A stretch of 64,000 bases of DNA, taken from the NCBI GenBank assembly GCA_963668645.2, contig CAXXWC010000003.1, positions 160,001 through 224,000 on the forward strand, in the 5' to 3' direction. A program made the position numbers and the translations under genes. The notes beneath the pieces were generated by a model that was not told the origin of the DNA, ran no database searches, and saw only the letters and a list, made by a program, of their open reading frames with translations. This document shows positions 11,653 through 24,332 of this stretch, piece after piece. The stretch comes from Desulfobacterales bacterium. Lineage in GTDB: Bacteria; Desulfobacterota; Desulfobacteria; Desulfobacterales; UBA2174. Within the stretch, counting starts at the first letter, position 1; the number at the start of each line of letters is the position of its first letter.

Positions 11653-13392
11653 TCATGCCTTGTCCCATCCGCCGCCGGCCCGTGCCTCGGCCACCTCTTG
11701 GCCCGCCTGGTCCTTGAGCCGCACGTAGTCGGTCTTGGCCACCCGATTGAGCGGCATTGCGCCCGATTCCATAATCACGTAGAGCGAAGGGCGCATGTAG
11801 GCGGCGATCCCCTTAGCGTGGGCCTTGAGTTCCGCCTCGGTCAGCTCCACCCCCGGCCGCTTTTCCACGAAGAGCACCACCCCCTCGGTAAACAGGTCGT
11901 GGGGCTGGCCCACCGCCGCGGCCGAGGCCACCTTGGTGGACAGGGCGCAAAAATGGTCTTCGATCTGGGCCGGATGGACCTGGTAGCCCTTTGACTTGAT
12001 CACCAGCTTCGAACGCCCGGAAAAGTGCAACCCCTTTTCGTCCTTGTATCCCAGGTCTCCCGTGTAGCAGATCCCCTCGCGCGAAACGGTCCGCCGATAG
12101 GCTGCATCGTTGTTCACGTAGGCGATAAAGACCTGGGGACCGGAAAAACAGATCTCGCCGACCTGCCCGTCGGGCAACTCCTCGCCGGCCGTGCCGTCGT
12201 CGCCCATGGGCCGGCGGATCGACAGGGGGCTGATCGGCATGTCGTAGCCCACGCTGGCCAGGATATCGTCCACCGTGCCGTCCAGGGGCGAATAGGTGCA
12301 AAAGCCGCTCAGTTCGGTGAGCCCCAGGCCCGTGCCGAACTTGGGCGCCATGCGCGCGAGCTGATCGAGGAACTGGCGCGGCACCTGCTGGCCGCTGTAC
12401 ACGGCAAAGGTCAGCGAGGACAAATCGAAGTCACGGTAGTTGGGCAGGCGCCACTCCAGGGCAAAGAGAGCCGGGATCTGGCCGAGGCAGTTCACCTTGT
12501 AGTCATGGATCGCCCGCAGCGACTTTTGCGCGTCGAAAATGGGCAGCAGCACCACCGTGGCACCGCAGAAAAAGGGGGTCATGAGCTGTTCAGCCTGGCC
12601 GCCGACATGCGACGGCGGCAGGTTCAACAGCACGCGCGCGCCCGCCATGACGTCGAAAGCCCCGACCAGGCACATGTTCTGCACGGTGATGTTGCGGTGC
12701 GACAGCAGGGCCGGCTTGGGCATGCCGGTGGAGCCGGTGGTGTAGATCACCTGGGCTCCGTCGTTTTCGCCCACCGCGGCTATCGCCGCCTGATATTCGT
12801 CCAAAATCGGCGCCCGGGCCGGATCGGAAAGGGCCGAAAGCGCCTCTTCGGCCGCCTCCTGGGCCAGGGTGGCGGCCGGGATGGCAAAATCGAGGGTCTC
12901 GTCGGGTGGAGCGAATTGAATGAATACCTCCACGAACGGACAATTTTCCTTTACCGCCCGGCCCAAGGCGGAAAAATCAGCCACCGGCGTGCGGCCCAGA
13001 AAGGCGAACCCCTTGGCCCGGATCAATCCCAGTGAACGGATCACCTCGGGCGCCTTGAGCCGCAGGTCCAGAGGGGCATGAATCACCCCGATCTTGAAGC
13101 AGGCGTATTCGAGAAAGATGTGCTCGGGCAAAAACAAGAGGGAGGTGGCCAGGAAATCACCCTTGGTAAAACCGAGTTTGAGTAGCTTGAGGGCCAGGGC
13201 CGTGGTGATCTGGTCGAACTGCTGGTAGGTGTATTCTTTTTGGGTATCGACGTCGATGATCGCCAACGCCTCTGGTTTTTCGGCGGCCCATTTGGCGATA
13301 ACGCCGTGCAGCAGGTGCCGGTCGCCATAATCCTTCTCATAGTGATCCAGAGTATATTGCGGCACGCCGTTGCGATAGGTCAGTGAAGTCAT
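11653..13392 (-). CDS. Class I adenylate-forming enzyme (acyl-CoA synthetase/ligase)
   Basis: AMP-binding YTTGSTGMPK, GLGLTE, YTGDLG motifs. Confidence 0.9.
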   Translation of the reverse strand: MTSLTYRNGVPQYTLDHYEKDYGDRHLLHGVIAKWAAEKPEALAIIDVDTQKEYTYQQFDQITTALALKLLKLGFTKGDFLATSLLFLPEHIFLEYACFKIGVIHAPLDLRLKAPEVIRSLGLIRAKGFAFLGRTPVADFSALGRAVKENCPFVEVFIQFAPPDETLDFAIPAATLAQEAAEEALSALSDPARAPILDEYQAAIAAVGENDGAQVIYTTGSTGMPKPALLSHRNITVQNMCLVGAFDVMAGARVLLNLPPSHVGGQAEQLMTPFFCGATVVLLPIFDAQKSLRAIHDYKVNCLGQIPALFALEWRLPNYRDFDLSSLTFAVYSGQQVPRQFLDQLARMAPKFGTGLGLTELSGFCTYSPLDGTVDDILASVGYDMPISPLSIRRPMGDDGTAGEELPDGQVGEICFSGPQVFIAYVNNDAAYRRTVSREGICYTGDLGYKDEKGLHFSGRSKLVIKSKGYQVHPAQIEDHFCALSTKVASAAAVGQPHDLFTEGVVLFVEKRPGVELTEAELKAHAKGIAAYMRPSLYVIMESGAMPLNRVAKTDYVRLKDQAGQEVAEARAGGGWDKA

Positions 13393-13676
13393 GAAACCAT
13401 ACCTTTGTGGTGAATGTTGACACAAAGCGGGCATTCCGCCCGCCGGTTCCGCAAGGGTGCCGGATACGATGCCGGCTGGTTTCTGTCAAGAAACTTACGC
13501 GCGGCAAATCCAAAATTCACATTAGAATCCGCCGTTATGGCAATCGATGATCGTTTTCAGATTTCATGACGCCTGGCAAGACGCACAGATCATGCCTGCG
13601 GAAAAACTCATCGGAAGCCCTGATTCAGCGCGGGGGGCGGCCTAACGGACCAAAAAGACGAAAAGGGCACGGAGAA

Positions 13677-13776
13677 GTTTCAAGCCACGCTCCCACATGG
13701 GTGGCGACACCCCAGGAACGCCAAGCCCCAACTTGGCAAGACGTTTCAATCCATGCCCAGTGTGTGCGGGGAAAGC
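13677..13776 (-). CRISPR. Relict type I-C-like repeat (13677-13708), 34-nt spacer and hybrid I-C/I-E repeat (13743-13776) at the trailer end of the I-E array
   Basis: Minus strand of 13677-13708 reads GTCGCCACCCATGTGGGAGCGTGGCTTGAAAC (32 nt, I-C-like GTCGC...GTGGATTGAAAC). Minus strand of 13743-13776 reads GCTTTCCCCGCACACAC+TGGGCATGGATTGAAAC. Confidence 0.8.
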
Positions 13777-13808
13777 TGATGATATAGCTGCTACAGATGA
13801 TCAAGAGT

Positions 13809-16800
13809 CGGTTCATCCCCGCGTGTGCAGGGAACGCGTGGTCACCATATGGGACGATGAGCAGGAGCGCGATTCATCCCCGCGTGCGCGGGGAACGCTT
13901 GGTGCGGATGGCGTCCATGCACCGCTGCGCCGGTTCATCCCCGCGTGTGCGGGGAACGCTTAATCATATCGCCAGCGGTATCGGATTCGATCGGTTCATC
14001 CCCGCGTGTGCGGGGAACTCACCTGCCCGGGTCCGCCGGGTTGATCTTGCCGCGGTTCATCCCCGCGTGTGCGGGGAACGCTCACGCACCCACCGTCCAG
14101 GGTGGCGGTGCGACGGTTCATCCCCACGTGTGCGGGGAACGCGGCACGTGGCCAAGACCGGTCAGCTCCGTGATCGGTTCATCCCCGCGTGTGCGGGGAA
14201 CGCAATTCAAACTCCCCCGGCATTTCTTGACGAACCGGTTCATCCCCGCGTGTGCGGGGAACGCATAGTCCCGGGCCCGGACCCCGTACATGCCGTCGGT
14301 TCATCCCCGCGTGTGCGGGGAACGCAGCTCAGAAATAACCCAGCCGTTCGACCCCGTCGGTTCATCCCCGCGTGTGCTGGGAACGCTGCACCACACCCAA
14401 GACCTCAAGCCGCTGGATCGGTTCATCCCCGCGTGTGCGGTGAACGCAGCCTAACAGCCACTTTGTGAGGAAATCCACCCGGTTCATCCCCGCGTGTGCG
14501 GGGAACGCATACGGACATAGGGGTCGCCCTTACTCCCGGACGGTTCATCCCCGCGTGTGCGGGGAACGCGACTTAGAGACCTCTTTAACGCCCTAGTCTC
14601 TAGGTTCATCCCCGCGTGTGCGGGGAACGCTCCAGATAGCGGGCCACCTTGTCGTTGAAGGCCGGTTCATCCCCGCGTGTGCGGGGAACGCGTCACTTAA
14701 ACGATTGTAAACAGACTCTACAAGGGTTCATCCCCGCGTGTGCGGGGAACGCATGATTATAAGTCCTTTGTTAATGATGGTCAGCGGTTCATCCCCGCGT
14801 GTGCGGGGAACGCACTCGCGGATCTTGTCCTCGGTCGACAACTGACGGTTCATCCCCGCGTGTGCGGGGAACGCAAAAGGCGTCCGGCGACGTGCTGGAG
14901 GCGGATCGGTTCATCCCCGCGTGTGCGGGGAACGCTCATAGATGTTCCAGCACGAAAACTGCCAGGGCGGTTCATCCCCGCGTGTGCGGGGAACGCCCTG
15001 CCATGTTTCGTTTCGGGGGGTTATGATCCGGTTCATCCCCGCGTGTGCGGGGAACGCCAGAAGCCCATGACTCATTAGAGATAGAACGCCGGTTCATCCC
15101 CGCGTGTGCGGGGAACACGCCGGTGATCACGGCCGACAAAAGCCCGCTATCGGTTCATCCCCGCGTGTGCGGGGAACGCCAAAGTTTGTTCGTCGAGAAT
15201 TACCGGAGCCGCGGTTCATCCCCGCGTGTGCGGGGAACGCAGCATGTCGTCGACACCCCGCGGCGTGCGCTCCGGTTCATCCCCGCGTGTGCGGGGAACG
15301 CATGCTCTACGACCCGTATGATTTCGAGGGTAGCGGTTCATCCCCGCGTGTGCGGGGAACGCAGCGCAGGTGCCGTTCCGGCGGCGCCGCTGCCCGGTTC
15401 ATCCCCGCGTGTGCGGGGAACGCTTGGTGCCTGCAAGCATTCGCCCGAAAAGCGCCGGTTCATCCCCGCGTGTGCGGGGAACGCGACCATCATTCCAATG
15501 CTCACGATTTTGTTTACGGTTCATCCCCGCGTGTGCGGGGAACGCCGACGCCTGCGACGCGTTCGACGGCGACGAAACGGTTCATCCCCGCGTGTGCGGG
15601 GAACGCTGCCATGGGAGCGTAAATCCCAAGATTGTCGTCGGTTCATCCCCGCGTGTGCGGGGAACGCGGAATCGCGTCCAGCTCCTCGCGCATGGCCGCC
15701 GGTTCATCCCCGCGTGTGCGGGGAACGCATCCGCAGGTCCAGCAGGTTCTCGCATATGGTCGGTTCATCCCCGCGTGTGCGGGGAACGCTTGTAGTCCTG
15801 AGCGTCGGCGTCCCAGGCGAGCGGTTCATCCCCGCGTGTGCGGGGAACGCACCCCGGCCACCTTGTCGGGCGACGTGCCCATCGGTTCATCCCCGCGTGT
15901 GCGGGGAACGCAGCCCCTGGACCTGCGAGACCTCCAGAAAATCCGGTTCATCCCCGCGTGTGCGGGGAACGCTATGCCATCGCTCCTGCGGCCAGCGCGG
16001 TATACGGTTCATCCCCGCGTGTGCGGGGAACGCTTCTTCGGGTCGCTTTTGTCCTTGGCGTCCTTCGGTTCATCCCCGCGTGTGCGGGGAACGTCCGTGC
16101 CTAAAAATGTTCCGGGACAAGCACGACGGTTCATCCCCGCGTGTGCGGGGAACGCTGTCGATGGGCTTTGGCATTCCGTATCCGGTTCGGTTCATCCCCG
16201 CGTGTGCGGGGAACGCCAATATGCCACCGATCTTGATCACCATTAAATCGGTTCATCCCCGCGTGTGCGGGGAACGCTTACTGCATTTAGCCGTGGCGTT
16301 ATTGACAGCCGGTTCATCCCCGCGTGTGCGGGGAACGCAGTGGATACTCGCTCACCTGGCCGCCCTCGGCCGGTTCATCCCCGCGTGTGCGGGGAACGCG
16401 TGCGGGCCTGGACAACCGCATCGAGATCCGCCGGTTCATCCCCGCGTGTGCGGGGAACGCCTGCTGGCTGACGAAATTATCGATGAGGTCGGCGGTTCAT
16501 CCCCGCGTGTGCGGGGAACGCATGCGCCGCATGGTGTTTGGCACCAGCGGGCGCGGTTCATCCCCGCGTGTGCGGGGAACGCTGGAGGGGCATGAGCTAT
16601 GGGTGCCAAGGGAACGGTTCATCCCCGCGTGTGCGGGGAAACGCCCGATGCCACAGCCTCTGAATTTTTCTCCATGCGGTTCATCCCCGCGTGTGCGGGG
16701 AACGCTATAAGATTGCCGTACTTTTCTTCATCCAAACCGGTTCATCCCCGCGTGTGCGGGGAACGCTGCTGCCCGGGGGCGCGTAGCGGAGTATTTTTCG

Positions 16801-19800
16801 GTTCATCCCCGCGTGTGCGGGGAACGCCCCCATCTCTTGGGTTACGGACGGACATAACGCGGTTCATCCCCGCGTGTGCGGGGAACGCCAAATCGTGTTT
16901 CCTTTCCCGTCGAAGACGGCCGGTTCATCCCCGCGTGTGCGGGGAACGCGTATTCACTAAGCGCCTGGCTTCTTAGCCGGGCGGTTCATCCCCGCGTGTG
17001 CGGGGAACGCGTGTTCGACGAGTTCCCGCGGATCTATATTAGCGGTTCATCCCCGCGTGTGCGGGGAACGCGCGCCGACAACTCGCGCCCGTCGGTAAAC
17101 GACCGGTTCATCCCCGCGTGTGCGGGGAACGCTCCTGTCCGTGCCTAACAAGTAAAAACAAGCACGGTTCATCCCCGCGTGTGCGGGGAACGCTGGCGCG
17201 GCAGACAGGTTCGATGCCGATTTGGCGGTTCATCCCCGCGTGTGCGGGGAACGCATTCCATTGATGTTGTCGGATCCTGGCCGCACCGGTTCATCCCCGC
17301 GTGTGCGGGGAACGCCCAAATTCCAACGAATTGATTGCCCCCTGAAACGGTTCATCCCCGCGTGTGCGGGGAACGCAGACCATCTATATTAGTATAGACG
17401 ACACGCCCCGGTTCATCCCCGCGTGTGCGGGGAACGCGTTGGCCGTGCTGGCCGCGGCCGGATTGAGGCCGGTTCATCCCCGCGTGTGCGGGGAACGCCC
17501 AGCCGTCCCGGAAAATCTGGCCCACGTGTACGGTTCATCCCCGCGTGTGCGGGGAACGCACGGATCTTGGCCGAAGGACAAGGGTGAGGACCGGTTCATC
17601 CCCGCGTGTGCGGGGAACGCCTTTTGGCACCCATAGCCGGTGTCCTCTCAGGCGGTTCATCCCCGCGTGTGCGGGGAACGCGGTGGCACCCTGCGCACAG
17701 ACGGCCTGCGGCGCGGTTCATCCCCGCGTGTGCGGGGAACGCGCCAAAGGCCAGCGCTCCGGAACAGATATGTTCGGTTCATCCCCGCGTGTGCGGGGAA
17801 CGCATCTTCTCCCAGCAGGAACCGATCAATCAGGACGGTTCATCCCCGCGTGTGCGGGGAACGCCTGGTAAAGAGGTTTGTCCGGGACACCAGGAACGGT
17901 TCATCCCCGCGTGTGCGGGGAACGCCCGCCGGTTCTGCTGTGTCGCGAACACCAGCTCGGTTCATCCCCGCGTGTGCGGGGAACGCCACCCCCATGCCCA
18001 CCTCCCGTCTCTTTCGTCCGGTTCATCCCCGCGTGTGCGGGGAACGCTATACGGGCTGACGGGTTTGGGGATGCGATTTCGGTTCATCCCCGCGTGTGCG
18101 GGGAACGCATATCAATAGCAAGGTCGAGAATCTCAGAAGACGGTTCATCCCCGCGTGTGCGGGGAACGCATCAGGGTAAACTAAATCAGAGGAAGGGGAA
18201 CCGGTTCATCCCCGCGTGTGCGGGGAACGCTCCAGGGGTCACTGTTCACGATTCTCTACCTGCGGTTCATCCCCGCGTGTGCGGGGAACGCTGCTTACCT
18301 GGAGGTTTCCGCATGACCGCGACCGGTTCATCCCCGCGTGTGCGGGGAACGCTGCGCCATGCCAGGCATGGTCACCGAGCACATCGGTTCATCCCCGCGT
18401 GTGCGGGGAACGCGTTGGAAATAATTTTCATCATCGTCAAAATTTCGGTTCATCCCCGCGTGTGCGGGGAACGCCAGCCTCGTGTCAGTATCCGTCATTG
18501 ATCCGCCGGTTCATCCCCGCGTGTGCGGGGAACGCCCGACACGGTGGACGCGGAGCTGATCTGCGTCCGGTTCATCCCCGCGTGTGCGGGGAACGCTCCG
18601 GTTTTTCTAATTTTGCCTGTCGTTATGGCGGTTCATCCCCGCGTGTGCGGGGAACGCAATAGCTGGTGTTTTTCTCCCTGATCCGGAACCGGTTCATCCC
18701 CGCGTGTGCGGGGAACGCTAATTTATCAGTTGTCAAGGAATCTAATTTCCCGGTTCATCCCCGCGTGTGCGGGGAACGCTCCACCTTGGCCACCCATGGC
18801 GGCCGGCACGTCGGTTCATCCCCGCGTGTGCGGGGAACGCCGGGCCTGCTGGACATTGACGGTAGGTTTTTCCGGTTCATCCCCGCGTGTGCGGGGAACG
18901 CTCGAAAATAGCAAAGGAGGACCCATGAAAAAGCGGTTCATCCCCGCGTGTGCGGGGAACGCCTTTTCTCAAGACGACCCAGTTCCGGGGCAACCGGTTC
19001 ATCCCCGCGTGTGCGGGGAACGCGCGCTGGCGGGCAAAGAGGCGCTCGATCATCGCGGTTCATCCCCGCGTGTGCGGGGAACGCAGCTCTGGCAGATGGA
19101 TCCCCAGGGCCAGCGTCGGTTCATCCCCGCGTGTGCGGGGAACGCATATAATTATCGGAGACGTCATTTTAGGTGCGCGGTTCATCCCCGCGTGTGCGGG
19201 GAACGCACTTGGAGTTGATGAAACGCATCTTGCACCCCCCGGTTCATCCCCGCGTGTGCGGGGAACGCTGTATCAGACCCTACCCTGTAAGGCCTGCCAT
19301 CGGTTCATCCCCGCGTGTGCGGGGAACGCGGATATTCCAGCACCGGCCGCCGCATTTCTGGCGGTTCATCCCCGCGTGTGCGGGGAACGCAACTGCCGGT
19401 TGTCTGCGTAGCGCAGCACGGCCGGTTCATCCCCGCGTGTGCGGGGAACGCAACGACGGAACGAATTGCGAGCTTTTGCACACCGGTTCATCCCCGCGTG
19501 TGCGGGGAACGCTGCGGCTGTCAGCCCCATCATCGCCATGATGTCGGTTCATCCCCGCGTGTGCGGGGAACGCATTACATGATTTGTACCAAGCCCTCGA
19601 AACTCCGGTTCATCCCCGCGTGTGCGGGGAACGCCAGCTAGGGCTCTGATGAACTTGATGCCAGGGCGGTTCATCCCCGCGTGTGCGGGGAACGCTGTGT
19701 TTTTTCCCCTATTGTTATTTTTTGCACCGGTTCATCCCCGCGTGTGCGGGGAACGCTTTGAAAATCTGCGCCCAACACTACCAGCCACCGGTTCATCCCC

Positions 19801-22135
19801 GCGTGTGCGGGGAACGCTGCCGAGGACGGCAAGGACAAGATTGTGGTGCCGGTTCATCCCCGCGTGTGCGGGGAACGCTCGAAGCTGGATCCGACGATTT
19901 CGGCAAGTGCCGGTTCATCCCCGCGTGTGCGGGGAACGCCAAATCAGGACCAATCATATTGATACACGTGTCGGTTCATCCCCGCGTGTGCGGGGAACGC
20001 TTTGTTTCGGAGGCTTTGGTTTCGAGCTGCGTCGGTTCATCCCCGCGTGTGCGGGGAACGCTCCGTAACACCGCCAATGGCGGCCTTGCCGGCCGGTTCA
20101 TCCCCGCGTGTGCGGGGAACGCATGGTGTGCATGCCGCGTTCTAGGGTGGCGACCGGTTCATCCCCGCGTGTGCGGGGAACGCCAAAAGAGATTGAGCGC
20201 GGAGAGGTCGACGTACGGTTCATCCCCGCGTGTGCGGGGAACGCCAGATCTGGCTCTTGGATGCACGTGCGAGCAGCGGTTCATCCCCGCGTGTGCGGGG
20301 AACGCGGCTGACCATTAAGCTTATGCAGGGGATCAATCGGTTCATCCCCGCGTGTGCGGGGAACGCTCGCGTGCGCCTGGTCAACAACGTGGTGCCGGCG
20401 GTTCATCCCCGCGTGTGCGGGGAACGCTATTTGAATGGTGCTATCATTGATGCAGGTACCGGTTCATCCCCGCGTGTGCGGGGAACGCTGATGACCACCG
20501 GCGCGGAGTGGGTCCTGTTTCGGTTCATCCCCGCGTGTGCGGGGAACGCTTACGGATACCAAGACTGCCGTCAATATCGGGCGGTTCATCCCCGCGTGTG
20601 CGGGGAACGCTGGTAACTCCGAAATCTTGCATGGTATCCCTCCGGTTCATCCCCGCGTGTGCGGGGAACGCCGCCGGGAGGGACCGTGGACGGGGCTTTG
20701 GAGCGGTTCATCCCCGCGTGTGCGGGGAACGCTTTCAGAACGTTTATCAGGCGGTGGTTGCCGCCGGTTCATCCCCGCGTGTGCGGGGAACGCCGAGCTC
20801 GGCGTTGATTCGGTCGAGCACGTGACGGTTCATCCCCGCGTGTGCGGGGAACGCATGTCGATGCCTCCGGCCAGCGCCGTGCCGGCCGGTTCATCCCCGC
20901 GTGTGCGGGGAACGCAGATCGTCGCGCCGCCGATGATGCTGCAGGACCGGTTCATCCCCGCGTGTGCGGGGAACGCGGTGGCGTACCAGCTCGATGATTT
21001 TTCCATGCCGGTTCATCCCCGCGTGTGCGGGGAACGCCGCAGCACCTCGTCGGGCTCCATGCCCAGCTCCGGTTCATCCCCGCGTGTGCGGGGAACGCCC
21101 TCGACGCCATCGGAGCGATTCATGCAGCCGCGGTTCATCCCCGCGTGTGCGGGGAACGCGGATCGTGATCAAGCGCAGGCGCATGCGACTGCGGTTCATC
21201 CCCGCGTGTGCGGGGAACGCCTTGACCGTCCGCTGAAATTTAAGAAACCAAGCGGTTCATCCCCGCGTGTGCGGGGAACGCCCGGCGCCACCGGCGATTG
21301 TGGCCACTAATGCCGGTTCATCCCCGCGTGTGCGGGGAACGCCCTGAACGTGCCCGCGCAGCATCCATCCAACGCGGTTCATCCCCGCGTGTGCGGGGAA
21401 CGCCAGGTGTCCATGGGCTCTACCAAATATGGCGTCGGTTCATCCCCGCGTGTGCGGGGAACGCGATAAACATGATCGTGTTATTGTCCAGGAAAAAGGT
21501 TCATCCCCGCGTGTGCGGGGAACGCAACTCAATAAATACCGAATCCTGCTCACTGGCCGGTTCATCCCCGCGTGTGCGGGGAACGCGTTCCGTTCCGAGT
21601 TGTTCAAAGCGCGTGCTTAGGTTCATCCCCGCGTGTGCGGGGAACGCTAAAATCATGGCGTACGACGCTGCGCCACCACCGGTTCATCCCCGCGTGTGCG
21701 GGGAACGCGATCTTACATCGTGGCTGATCCTCTATGGGTACGGTTCATCCCCGCGTGTGCGGGGAACGCCCGGCCAGAAAAAACCTACCCGAGCGCGGCG
21801 CCGGTTCATCCCCGCGTGTGCGGGGAACGCAGAGAGTGTCTTGCCGATATGAGCTATGACAGCGGTTCATCCCCGCGTGTGCGGGGAACGCGAAACTCGT
21901 CAGCCGCCAGTACCGCGTGGCGGTGGTTCATCCCCGCGTGTGCGGGGAACGCCGATGCGCCGACACGGTGCCGCGTGTACGCGACGGTTCATCCCCGCGT
22001 GTGCGGGGAACGCTTGAATTCCCCGGAACTCAATCGAACACCCTTCGGTTCATCCCCGCGTGTGCGGGGAACGCAATTTATCCAATGAATGTATCGATTA
22101 AATATTCGGTTCATCCCCGCGTGTGCGGGGAACGC
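13809..22135 (-). CRISPR. Type I-E CRISPR array: 137 repeats and 136 spacers (plus one 32-nt spacer at 13777-13808)
   Basis: 29-nt repeat CGGTTCATCCCCGCGTGTGCGGGGAACGC on + (GCGTTCCCCGCACACGCGGGGATGAACCG as transcribed); 61-nt period with two 62-nt units; degenerate repeats cluster at the low-coordinate (trailer) end. Confidence 0.99.
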
Positions 22136-22196
22136 ACTAATTCTATCGCTTCAAAATTATTAAATTTTCAAAGAGCTGAAAAAGTTACCGGCAAAA
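22136..22196 (-). promoter_or_regulatory. CRISPR leader
   Basis: AT-rich 61 nt between the cas2 stop and the first intact repeat. Confidence 0.8.
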
Positions 22197-23417
<1,221 letters not shown>

Positions 23418-23421
<4 letters not shown>

Positions 23422-24262
23422 TCAATTTCCTTCGGCGCTTTGCAGCGCAAGCGCTTTTTGCCTTCCGGCGCTTCAAGGTAATTTTCGGGTGTAACGACCT
23501 TGGAGCCGGTCTCGATCTCCAGTTTTTCACGGGCATCTCCCGCGATTCGTCCCCCTTTGCGTGCTGCAATCATGTTTTCACCCACGCCCTGCGCATCCTG
23601 CTTTCGTGCAATTTCAGTGGTGGCCGCCTCGCCCAGCATGGAAAAAATCAGCTCCAGATCGGTCATGTGGTCGCGCAGGCTTTCCCTCTCCGGCCTTTCA
23701 GGTCCTTGTATTCGGACGGCGTCAGCCCGAAAGTGGCCTTTGAAATTTCGGCCGTCAGGATAGCGTATTCGGGCTCTTCCCCAACCCCTCGCTTCTTCCA
23801 CTCGTCGGTCAGTTCGGCCCGCACTGCAATCCCGCGCATGCGTTTTTCGATCCAGTCGTCGGAATAGCCCTTGGCCCGGTAGAGCGCCCGGGTGCGCTTG
23901 GAAGCCAACTCCGGGTCTTCTATCTCCTGGACCCTCTCGTAGCCTACCTTGGCCAGCCAGCGCTTGAACGGTTCGGCTCTATGCGAGGGGATGGACTGGA
24001 TGATGCGGAAAAGGCCCTCGGTGTTGGCACAGTTAGTCCTACGCAATTTCCCGTCAGGCGCCAGGAGTTCAAGGGGGGTACAAATTGTACCCCAGTTATT
24101 GCTCAACTCTGCATCGCGCCGCCTCATCTTCTTTATGTATTGCTTCGGATCGGCGCTATCCGCCAACACTTCCACTACATCGGTAACGGAAAACCACCAT
24201 TCATTATTATGCGACGCGGGCCGAATTTGTTTGCCTTTGAATACGACCAACTTGGTCTTCAT
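23418..24262 (-). pseudogene. Bro-N domain protein, split by an apparent 1-bp deletion near 23692
   Basis: N-part (WWFSVTDVVEVL...FRIIQSIPS..AEPFKRWLA) in ORF 23663-24262; C-part (LRDHMTDLELIFSMLGEAATTEI) in ORF 23418-23801; adding one base restores LKG-x-ERESLRDHM. Confidence 0.8.
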
Positions 24263-24332
24263 CAATCCCCCTGGCAAGTCACTTAAAACAGCCACCTGGC
24301 GCCACCCGTCCGGGGGCACCATCATAATGTGC

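Noticed and set aside
13574..13743. 10-bp direct repeat TGGCAAGACG at 13574 and 13734
   Set aside because: Short enough to arise by chance and brackets no recognisable element; not accepted as a target-site duplication
13797..22088. Many + strand ORFs across the array, up to 516 aa (RFIPACAGN/VHPRVCGER/GSSPRVRGT repeats)
   Set aside because: Translations of the stop-free CRISPR repeat cycling through three frames; not genes
13809..22135. Self-targeting or duplicated spacers
   Set aside because: By eye only matches of about 10-11 nt to the window were seen and no duplicate spacers; a full alignment to the genome is needed to exclude them
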